The position numbers and the translations under genes are program-made. The notes under the pieces are model-generated. The model saw nothing but the letters and a program-made list of their open reading frames with translations, had not been told where the DNA came from and ran no database searches. This document shows positions 1-7,713 of a DNA stretch of 49,210 nucleotides, piece after piece; the stretch's first letter is position 1, and each line of letters begins with the position of its first letter. Source of the DNA: an uncultured Puniceicoccaceae bacterium (GTDB lineage: Bacteria; Verrucomicrobiota; Verrucomicrobiia; Opitutales; CAZYUX01); assembly GCA_964650745.1 (NCBI GenBank), contig CAZYUX010000001.1, positions 1-49,210 on the forward strand, read 5' to 3'.

Positions 1-2
1 AG

Positions 3-3000
3 GACCGCCCTCTGACCCTGGTGGCGGCGGCCAATGTCAACAACCCCACCATCAGCGGCGTGAGGTTCTACGCCAACGGAGAACTGTTGGGCGACGGGGC
101 ATTCCCGAAAAACGAATCCGGAACAACCTTCCCCCAATACGGCCGTTACGAACTGGAATGGATGCCGGACACGGTCGGAACATACGAGATTACGGCGGTG
201 CAAGTGAACTTGAACGGGGACGAAGTCTTCACATCGGACCCGCAATATGTCCAAATCACCCCCTTCCGGGGATCCCTGCCGCCTTACACCCAGATGGTCA
301 ACCCGAACATCGGGGATTCATTCACCGACTATTCCACTATCCGGATCACGGCATCGGCGCTTGACCCGGACGGGGCGGTAACACAGGTGCAGTTCCACGT
401 CAACGGCGAGCCTGAAGGGAACCCCGTGATCCGCCAAGCAAGCCTCTTTCCCGAAGGGTATCCTTACAGCATTGACTGGACGCCGCCGGACACGGGTGTT
501 TACACCATTACGGCCGTGGCCACGGATACCAGCGGCAACCAAGTCATGTCCGCTCCGGTGACCGTCAACGCCACGACCGGAGCGGGTGTGCCGCCCAGCG
601 TGGGGATGATCAGCCCGGCCGCGACGGGACAAGTGGCGGACATCAACATAGTCGCCGAAGGCGTGGGCGCCACCGCCGTGGCGACGATAGACGAAAACAC
701 GCAAATCAGCGATGTGGCCGTGATTGACGGCGGTTCGGGATACACCACCTCCCCGGAAGTTCAAATCTACGGCGACGGCTGCTGCGCCTTTGTCAGCGCG
801 CGCATCAATCCTGATTTAAACGGCACGGTCACGGAAATCCTGATCCCCGAACCAGGGACAACGGGATGGTATTGGACTTTCGCCTACGTCCTGCTGATTG
901 GCGGTTTCGGCTATGATGAAACGATTTACCTGGAAGCGGACGCCTTTGACATGGACGGGCGCATCACACAGGTCGAATTTTTCATCAACGGCTCCAGCGC
1001 GTCCACGGGCGTAGACTACTTTCCGCCCTACGGAGCGGAATGGCGGCCGGAAAACGCCGGCTTTTACCAGATTGAAGCCCGGGCCACGGACGACCACGGC
1101 AACAAGGTTTCCGCTTTCGCCAACATCAATGTCGGGCCGGTGCTGGGCGCGCCGCCGGCGGTGTCCATCGAAAACCCGCAAATGACACTGGAAGACCCGT
1201 TGGACCCGGATTCCGCCAAAATCGCGCCGCAGATCACGATGAATTCAAATGTCAATTTCGTGGTTGAGGCCAATGACGGCGACGGAACGGTTGAACAGGT
1301 GGAATTGTTCGCCAACGGCCTGTCCATGGGCCTGGCGGAACTGGACGAGGCCACGGGCAACTACCTGCTCGAGTATTCCTTCGGCCTCGACGGCCGCGGC
1401 CCGGGCAGTTACAACGTGGTGGCCCAGGCCATGGACAATGACGGGCACCTGGTCAGCTCCAAAGTGCTGCCCGTGGACGTCATCCAGGGAGGCGCCCGCC
1501 CGCCTGAAATCGAGCTGGTTCCATTCAAGGAAAAATTCACCGACGACAATGGCAACGGCGTGTGGGATGAAGGCGAACCCTACGTGGATGCCGACGCCGA
1601 CGGGCGTTACGACAACGGCAAACTGACCTCCGGATCGGACATCCTTGTGCAGGCGCGGCCATTCCAAGGTGAGACCTTCACCGACGACAACGGCAACGGC
1701 GTGTGGGATGCCGGCGAGGCATGGGAGGACGCCAATGGCAACGGCGAATACGATCCCCCCGAAACACAGCCGCTCGCGTGGGTGGAGTTCTACGTCAACG
1801 GCGAGCCTGTGACACCCGCCTCGATGGACTATTTCGCCCCCTTCGCGGTCTTCTGGCGGCCCAGCACAACCGGCCTTTACCGCATCCTGGCTAAAGCCGC
1901 CAATGCCAAGGGGGACACCAACTTCGTCTATGAGGACGTTACAGTCCACGAAACAGTGGGCACGCCGCCGTCCGTGGTGCTCTCGCTGACGCGGGAGGGC
2001 AGCATCACACCTCAATCGAGCGTGCTGGCCACGGCAACGGTCTATGACGACAATCCGCTGGACGTCACCTTCTTCCTCAATGGCGAACCGGTCGAGTCGG
2101 TCAACAACCCCGACACGTCCGAGCCTTATTCGATGGTTCTCCGGCCCGTGAGCAATCCTTTCTCGCCCGTGAATGCTTGCGGCCTGCAGCTGAGCACCTA
2201 TGAGGTCATTGCCGTCGTCACCGACGCTGACGGCAACAGCCGGGCCGCCAGCACCAGCGACATATTCATGGGAGACCTCACCAAATCACTGCCCGAGACG
2301 CGGATCGTGGACCCCGAATCCGGAGAAGATCTGCTGGTGGGCAGCGTCACCCAAGTGCGGGCCGAGGTCACGGGCACAGGCTCCCGCGACGTCTTGGAAG
2401 TCATCTTCTACGTCAACGGCATCGAGGAGCACGTGGACAAAACCAAACCCTACACTTACGACTGGATGCCGCCGGAAACCGGAACCTATGAAATCCGGGT
2501 TGCTTCCGTGCGCCAAGGTTACCTCTTCGACCATGACAAGGACCGCAATTGCGGCGTGGATGAGCCGACCCCGGACATCGCGGCTTATCCCGTTCAGGTT
2601 TCCGATCCCCTGATCGTGACGGCGAGCCAGTTTGTCCCGAACCCGCCCGTTATTTCCGTAAAGGTGCTCCCTCCGGCGGAATCCTACGTGATGGGTTCGA
2701 CGGTGATGCTCTTTGCCACCGCTTACGACCCGGATGACGGTGATTACGTGACGGAAGTGGAGTTTTTCCTCAATGACGGTCTGAACGTCGAAAAACTGGC
2801 GACATTCGAAGGCGACGGAACGAAGAATTACTTCCTGCTTCCCTGGAAGCCCATCCGCGCGGGCGATTTCACCGTCTTTGCCACGGCCCGCGACATGACG
2901 AACAACGTGGCCCAGTCCGGCACGGCCCTGTCTTCCATCACGGTGCTGAACGAGGTTTACACGCCGCCCAGCGTGGACTTGACCCACCCCATTTCCAACG

Positions 3001-5483
3001 TGGGAGAAGCATACGACGACGCCAACGGCAACGGCGAGTATGACGAGGGTGAAACATTCACCGATGCCAACGCCAACGGCCAATACGACGCGCCCTACCA
3101 GAGCGGCACGCCGATTGACTGCCGGTCGAATTACAGCGGATTCATCAGCCAAGTGACCTATGTGGACTACTACGCCGACGGCATCCAAATTGACTTGGAC
3201 AACGAGTTAATCAGCGAGGATGACAACGAGCCGGCGATCCTGGAAATCCGCCCGTTTGATTTTTCGTGGACGCCCTTCTTCAGCAGCGATGTTCCGAGCC
3301 TCGTGCTCTTCAGCGCGGTGGCGAGCGAGCTGGACAGCGGCGGAACCCTGGCGGCGGTTTCCAACACCCGCGAGATCACCGTCATAAAGGACGAGCCGCC
3401 CTCGAGCATCACGATTGATTTGGACCCCGCGGAAGGTTTTCTCGTGAACAATGAGATCACATTCACCGTGACAGCGGCGGACAACGGCGCCATCAAAGAT
3501 TACAAGCTGAAAATAAACGGCGCCGGGCAAACTCCGGCGGATGCCGAAACGGCGCCTAACGTCTTCACTTTCACGCCGTCCAGTCCGGGAGAATACAGTT
3601 ATACGGCGGAAGTCCGGGACATCAGCGACCTGTCTTTGACTTCCGCGCCCCAGACGATCAGCGTGACGATGGGAGATCCCCCGGAAATCAGCATCACGAA
3701 GCCTCAAGACGGCGCCGGGCCCTTCCAGGCGGGAGAGGATTTGACGGTGAAATTCACCGCAAGCGATCCCGACGGAAAAATTGTCAAAGCCGAACTGCTG
3801 GAAAACGGATTCGTCGTCTCAACCGTTGAGGAAAAAGAGACGAAAGAAGGCGAAGACGCCCAGCCCATGCAGTGGAACGAAATCACCTACAAGCCCGCCA
3901 CGGCCGGCCAGAGCATCTCATTGACGGTGCGGGTAACGGACAACAGCGGCAACCGCACAACCTCCGAGCCCGTGTCCATCACGGTGATTGACGGGCCGGT
4001 GCCCAAGCTGCCAGTCCTCAAGCACGACGCCGGCACGGGATATGTGCTGGTGGACGACATCATCCACTTCACCGTCGAAATCCCCGAAGGGGAAGGCGAC
4101 ATCGCGAAGGTCGAACTGATGACCATCATCTTTGGCCAGCCGGGCCGGACATTTGGCCGGGAGAATCCGCCCTACGAATATGACGTTTACCCCATGATTC
4201 CGATGGTAAGCGTGTTCTACGCGGTCGTGACCAACACCGAAGGCAACCAGGCCGTCAGCGAGCCGGTCACCATCTACGTCCTCGAGCCGCAGCCGGTCGA
4301 CAATGACATGGACTTCATCAACCAAACCTTCCTGGACCTGCTGGCCCGGGGGCCGGACAACGCGGAATTGACCGAATACATCAGCCGGTTCATTGACGGG
4401 GATTTGGACCGCGAAGACCTGCTCCACGTCATTATGAACCCGAGAGCCGGCGAGGAATCCGATGTGTCGAAAGAATACGCCAAGTACAGCCGCAGCATTT
4501 ACGTGGCCCATTACGTGCTGACCGGCAGCTGGCCGGCCCGGAAAACGTTCTACGACAACGTCAGGGCGGTATGGGACCGTGATTTGAGCCACCTGATCCA
4601 GGAGGATCTCATAGGCGTCTTCCAGGAGAAGTATTACGGCGGCAAGCCGCTGCCCGGCAAACAGGCCACAACGCAGGAGCTGGAAAACTTCTTCAACGTT
4701 ATCTTCGAGCTCAAATACGGCGAGCCGCCAACGGCGGAACAACTGAAGAACGGCGTGAAAAACATCGAATTCTTCGGCGGCGTGGACGAGTTCCTCCCGG
4801 TCTTCCTGTCGGACAACGAACTGGTCGTCGCCGGAGACGACACCTACACCCAGAAGCTGTTTCTGAAGAATCCGCCCAACAACCGGATGAAGCACTGGGC
4901 CGACGCCGCGATCCTCCTGATCAACTTCCTGGGACTCGATCCGGCGATCGAGGAAGTGACCGCGCTGGCCGCGAAACTGTGGGACACGCAGGTGGACGAG
5001 GTCTATAACAACCCCCGCTACGCGGAACGGTTCCCGGAACCGGTGGAAGCCATCGGCATGCCGCCGTTCGGCCTGAAGCACTCATTCCTCGGCTGGGTGG
5101 ACGATTCCAATTACCCGTGGATATATCACTGGGAGCACGGGTACTTGTACCATTCGCCTTTCGGCATCCCGGAAACTATTCTCGACCGGCGGGCGGAAGA
5201 GGAAAAATGGACGGAAGACGAACGGGCGAAGGAGAGCCCGGAAGGAGCGTTCCTGTATGACATGGAGATAAGCTGGCTTTTCGCCAACAGCGATTATTAT
5301 GACGCGGACACCCCCGGAAAACGGTGGATGTATTCCTTCGACCGGAACAAATGGCTCTTCTTCTTCGGAATTTTGGACTCGAATGAGCGCGGTTTTTGGG
5401 AGTTCGGCGCCGGCGCGAACGGCGGCATGAGTCACGAATGGTTCACGGCGCCGAAATCCGGGGCCGCGGCGGCACAGGATTAA
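3..5483 (+). CDS. Giant exported or cell-surface repeat protein, cut at the 5' end by the window edge (track ORF 21..5483; the frame is open from nt 3). It has Ig-like repeats, acidic Ca-binding-type loops, a DUF4214-like segment and a Trp-rich tail.
   Basis: About a dozen repeats carry the bacterial Ig-like pattern 'V(E/Q)F(F/Y)xNG ... PYxxxWxPxxxGxYxIxAxAxDxxGNxxxSxPVxV'. Examples are 'VQFHVNGEPEG..YSIDWTPPDTGVYTITAVATDTSGNQVMSAPVTV' and 'VEFFINGS..YGAEWRPENAGFYQIEARATDDHGNKV'. A DUF4214-like stretch reads 'DFINQTFLDLLARGPDNAELTEYISRFIDGDLDREDLL'. The ORF starts in the middle of a repeat with no signal peptide, and codons 3..20 hold no stop, so the true start lies upstream of the window. 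Confidence 0.9.
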   Translation, partial: DRPLTLVAAANVNNPTISGVRFYANGELLGDGAFPKNESGTTFPQYGRYELEWMPDTVGTYEITAVQVNLNGDEVFTSDPQYVQITPFRGSLPPYTQMVNPNIGDSFTDYSTIRITASALDPDGAVTQVQFHVNGEPEGNPVIRQASLFPEGYPYSIDWTPPDTGVYTITAVATDTSGNQVMSAPVTVNATTGAGVPPSVGMISPAATGQVADINIVAEGVGATAVATIDENTQISDVAVIDGGSGYTTSPEVQIYGDGCCAFVSARINPDLNGTVTEILIPEPGTTGWYWTFAYVLLIGGFGYDETIYLEADAFDMDGRITQVEFFINGSSASTGVDYFPPYGAEWRPENAGFYQIEARATDDHGNKVSAFANINVGPVLGAPPAVSIENPQMTLEDPLDPDSAKIAPQITMNSNVNFVVEANDGDGTVEQVELFANGLSMGLAELDEATGNYLLEYSFGLDGRGPGSYNVVAQAMDNDGHLVSSKVLPVDVIQGGARPPEIELVPFKEKFTDDNGNGVWDEGEPYVDADADGRYDNGKLTSGSDILVQARPFQGETFTDDNGNGVWDAGEAWEDANGNGEYDPPETQPLAWVEFYVNGEPVTPASMDYFAPFAVFWRPSTTGLYRILAKAANAKGDTNFVYEDVTVHETVGTPPSVVLSLTREGSITPQSSVLATATVYDDNPLDVTFFLNGEPVESVNNPDTSEPYSMVLRPVSNPFSPVNACGLQLSTYEVIAVVTDADGNSRAASTSDIFMGDLTKSLPETRIVDPESGEDLLVGSVTQVRAEVTGTGSRDVLEVIFYVNGIEEHVDKTKPYTYDWMPPETGTYEIRVASVRQGYLFDHDKDRNCGVDEPTPDIAAYPVQVSDPLIVTASQFVPNPPVISVKVLPPAESYVMGSTVMLFATAYDPDDGDYVTEVEFFLNDGLNVEKLATFEGDGTKNYFLLPWKPIRAGDFTVFATARDMTNNVAQSGTALSSITVLNEVYTPPSVDLTHPISNVGEAYDDANGNGEYDEGETFTDANANGQYDAPYQSGTPIDCRSNYSGFISQVTYVDYYADGIQIDLDNELISEDDNEPAILEIRPFDFSWTPFFSSDVPSLVLFSAVASELDSGGTLAAVSNTREITVIKDEPPSSITIDLDPAEGFLVNNEITFTVTAADNGAIKDYKLKINGAGQTPADAETAPNVFTFTPSSPGEYSYTAEVRDISDLSLTSAPQTISVTMGDPPEISITKPQDGAGPFQAGEDLTVKFTASDPDGKIVKAELLENGFVVSTVEEKETKEGEDAQPMQWNEITYKPATAGQSISLTVRVTDNSGNRTTSEPVSITVIDGPVPKLPVLKHDAGTGYVLVDDIIHFTVEIPEGEGDIAKVELMTIIFGQPGRTFGRENPPYEYDVYPMIPMVSVFYAVVTNTEGNQAVSEPVTIYVLEPQPVDNDMDFINQTFLDLLARGPDNAELTEYISRFIDGDLDREDLLHVIMNPRAGEESDVSKEYAKYSRSIYVAHYVLTGSWPARKTFYDNVRAVWDRDLSHLIQEDLIGVFQEKYYGGKPLPGKQATTQELENFFNVIFELKYGEPPTAEQLKNGVKNIEFFGGVDEFLPVFLSDNELVVAGDDTYTQKLFLKNPPNNRMKHWADAAILLINFLGLDPAIEEVTALAAKLWDTQVDEVYNNPRYAERFPEPVEAIGMPPFGLKHSFLGWVDDSNYPWIYHWEHGYLYHSPFGIPETILDRRAEEEKWTEDERAKESPEGAFLYDMEISWLFANSDYYDADTPGKRWMYSFDRNKWLFFFGILDSNERGFWEFGAGANGGMSHEWFTAPKSGAAAAQD

Positions 5484-5513
5484 TTCCCTGAAACCGGCAT
5501 GTTTTCGGAAAAA

Positions 5514-5546
5514 GGCGGGCGCTCAAAAGGCGTCCGCCTTTTTTTT
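5514..5546 (+). terminator. Rho-independent terminator after the giant repeat gene
   Basis: 'GGCGGGCG-ctcaaaagg-CGTCCGCC' forms an 8-bp GC stem with one G-U pair. A run of 8 T follows directly. The hairpin begins 31 nt after the TAA at 5481..5483. Confidence 0.75.
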
Positions 5547-5668
5547 CCGGCGGCAAAAACCGGAAAAAACAACCGTAAATAAAAAAAAAGATTGAGCCGG
5601 CCCGCGGTTTCTATACACACGAGAAAGCGCGGCCATGCCGCCTGTCCATAAATCCAACACGCAGTGTT

Positions 5669-6295
5669 ATGCCCACGTTTGAATACGGTGATGCCGCCGG
5701 CCGCCAGCTGGAAAACAACGAAAAAAGCCATTCACGGAAAAAGCCGCGTCTGGTCCACATTGCTCCCAGCACCAGCTCCCCTTTTAATTACATGCCCCGG
5801 CGTAAAAAGCCGGACGCGGACGTTCCCCGTTCCTTTGCCCCTGTTCCGCGGGAAGCGGCCGAGCGGCCGGACGAGTCTTTCGACGAGGTTTCCCCGCCCG
5901 ATTGGATTGCCCGGCTGCATGAGTGGCGCTTGTCCCGGCGGCGGCGGCGCGGAGGCGTGCAAGCAGCTTGGAGGCGCGCGCGGGCCTTTATCGGCGGATT
6001 TTTCGGAAAAAAAACGGCGGATACGGCGGGACGGAAATCCCGGCAAAAACAGGCCCGGCCGCAACCGCCCCAATCCGGAAAAAACAGCGGCAAACAAGGG
6101 AAAAGGCATCCGGGCAAACCGCCCGCAAAAGGCCAGCGGCGGAATCCCGGAAAAAAACACAAGCCGGGATCCCGCGGCGGAAACGGGCGAACACGGAATC
6201 AATCTCAAAAACAGCGGGATAATCGGGACAAGGGGCCGCGCCGGCAAATCCCTCGCCGCCGCCGCAAGCCCCGGCCGCCGGGCGCCGGCTCATAA
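5669..6295 (+). CDS. Hypothetical, extremely basic low-complexity protein (208 aa). The frame and start are uncertain.
   Basis: This frame has G/C-rich third codon positions through the N-terminal half, for example 'gac gag tct ttc gac gag gtt tcc ccg ccc gat tgg att gcc cgg ctg'. By my hand count the C-terminal 96 aa contain about 33 K/R and only 3 acidic residues: 'GKKTADTAGRKSRQKQARPQPPQSGKNSGKQGKRHPGKPP...RRQIPRRRRKPRPPGAGS'. The overlapping ORFs 5664..6374 (+) and 5732..6247 (-) look like shadows of the same biased composition. I see no recognisable domain and no clear ribosome-binding site. Confidence 0.45.
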   Translation: MPTFEYGDAAGRQLENNEKSHSRKKPRLVHIAPSTSSPFNYMPRRKKPDADVPRSFAPVPREAAERPDESFDEVSPPDWIARLHEWRLSRRRRRGGVQAAWRRARAFIGGFFGKKTADTAGRKSRQKQARPQPPQSGKNSGKQGKRHPGKPPAKGQRRNPGKKHKPGSRGGNGRTRNQSQKQRDNRDKGPRRQIPRRRRKPRPPGAGS

Positions 6296-6386
6296 CACCC
6301 GCGCGGGTTCAAGATCCGCCGCCGGCGGAAAGACCGGCCGGCGGGAAGGATATTTCGTGATTAACTTGCAATAATGAAAGGCGCTC

Positions 6387-7691
6387 ATGGACGTGGTCCG
6401 CATTAAAGGAGGCATCCCTTTAAAAGGGGCGGTGACCGTCGGCGGCGCGAAAAACGCGGCGCTCCCCATTTTCGCCGCCACATTATTGACGGAAGAACCA
6501 TGTCTCATAGAAAACGTGCCGGATTTAAGCGATGTGCGGTTTATGGCCGGCATCCTGTCGCACCTGGGAGCGGAAGTGGAAGAGGTTTCTCCTCACACTT
6601 GGCGGATTGCCGCCAGGAACGTTTCACCCCGGGCGCCTTACGAACTGGTGCGGCAAATGCGCGCATCGGTTTGCCTGCTGGGTCCGCTGGTGGGGCGGCT
6701 GCGGCGGGCCGATGTCTCCCTGCCGGGCGGGTGTGTGATCGGACCCCGCCCCATTGATTTGCATCTCAAAGGCCTGGCTAAACTGGGCTGCGGCGTGGAA
6801 GTCGTCAACGGCTACATCCGGGTGGACGGGCGGCATCTGGCCGGAGGCAATGTTTTCCTGGGGGGGCGGCACGGAAGCACCGTCACAGGCACGGCCAATC
6901 TGCTCATGGCGGCGGTCATGGCGCCGGGCGCCAGCTCGATTGAAAGCGCCGCCTGCGAGCCCGAGATCGTGGACCTGTGCCGGATGCTGCAAGCCATGGG
7001 AGCGGACATCGAAGGTATTGGCAGCCACCATCTGGAAGTGAGGGGAGTGAAACGGCTGCGCGGCTGCGCTTACCGCATCCTTCCCGACCGCATCGAGGCC
7101 GGGACTTACCTGCTGGCGGGAGCCGTCACCGGCGGGGAACTGACCGTCCATGGCGCGGATCCGGCCCATTTGCGGGCTTTCTTCGACAAACTGGAAGAAT
7201 CGGGATTGGATGTGGCAACAGGCGGTTCCGGGGAACTTCGCGTGTCTCCGCGGGAAAAACCGCGCCGGCCGGCCGAAATCATCACTTTGCCGTATCCCGG
7301 CTTTCCTACCGATTTGCAGGCTCAGATGGGCGCGCTGATGGCGCTGACACCCGGCTTGAGCATTATCACCGAACGCATCTACCCCAACCGCTTCATGCAC
7401 GTGCCCGAGTTGCTCCGGATGGGCGCGCGCATCGCCATAGAAGGCGCCAGCGCGATTATCGAGGGCGTGCCGCGGCTCTCAGGGGCGCCCGTCATGGCGT
7501 CCGACTTGCGGGCCAGCGCCGCTCTTATCCTGGCCGCTCTCGCCGCTGAAGGTGAATCGTGGATCCAGCGCATCTACCACATTGACCGCGGCTACGAGCA
7601 TATTGACGCCAAGCTCCGCCAAGCCGGCGCGGACATCATCCGCGTGAACGCGGAGGAAATGCCAAAGGACCTCCAGGGGGATTGGCTTTAA
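6387..7691 (+). CDS. murA: UDP-N-acetylglucosamine 1-carboxyvinyltransferase
   Basis: The similarity pattern runs the full length: 'IKGGIPLKGAVTVGGAKNAALPIFAATLL', the active-site loop 'LPGGCVIGPRPIDLHLKGL' with the catalytic (fosfomycin-target) Cys retained, 'GFPTDLQAQ' and 'IYHIDRGYE'. Confidence 0.97.
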   Translation: MDVVRIKGGIPLKGAVTVGGAKNAALPIFAATLLTEEPCLIENVPDLSDVRFMAGILSHLGAEVEEVSPHTWRIAARNVSPRAPYELVRQMRASVCLLGPLVGRLRRADVSLPGGCVIGPRPIDLHLKGLAKLGCGVEVVNGYIRVDGRHLAGGNVFLGGRHGSTVTGTANLLMAAVMAPGASSIESAACEPEIVDLCRMLQAMGADIEGIGSHHLEVRGVKRLRGCAYRILPDRIEAGTYLLAGAVTGGELTVHGADPAHLRAFFDKLEESGLDVATGGSGELRVSPREKPRRPAEIITLPYPGFPTDLQAQMGALMALTPGLSIITERIYPNRFMHVPELLRMGARIAIEGASAIIEGVPRLSGAPVMASDLRASAALILAALAAEGESWIQRIYHIDRGYEHIDAKLRQAGADIIRVNAEEMPKDLQGDWL

Positions 7692-7713
7692 CGGACAGAC
7701 ACAGATTGGTAAA

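Noticed and set aside
1535-1755. Repeated DNA segments inside the giant gene were considered as a possible CRISPR array or other tandem-repeat array.
   Set aside because: The repeats are in frame, code for acidic loops, and lie within a continuous ORF. There is no spacer/repeat regularity.
3918-5081. A long antisense ORF (387 aa) sits inside the giant repeat gene. Similar ones lie at 1245..2015 and 2286..3188.
   Set aside because: Their products are Arg/Gly/Val-rich with no motifs. They sit exactly opposite a strongly supported CDS. Such stop-free shadow frames are expected in GC-rich DNA.
5664-6374. Alternative ORFs cover the T-depleted stretch: 5664..6374 (+), 5732..6247 (-), 5788..6162 (-) and 5988..6293 (-).
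   Set aside because: All arise from the same biased composition. Only the 5669 frame shows gene-like third-position G/C bias in its non-repetitive half, and I retained that one at low confidence.
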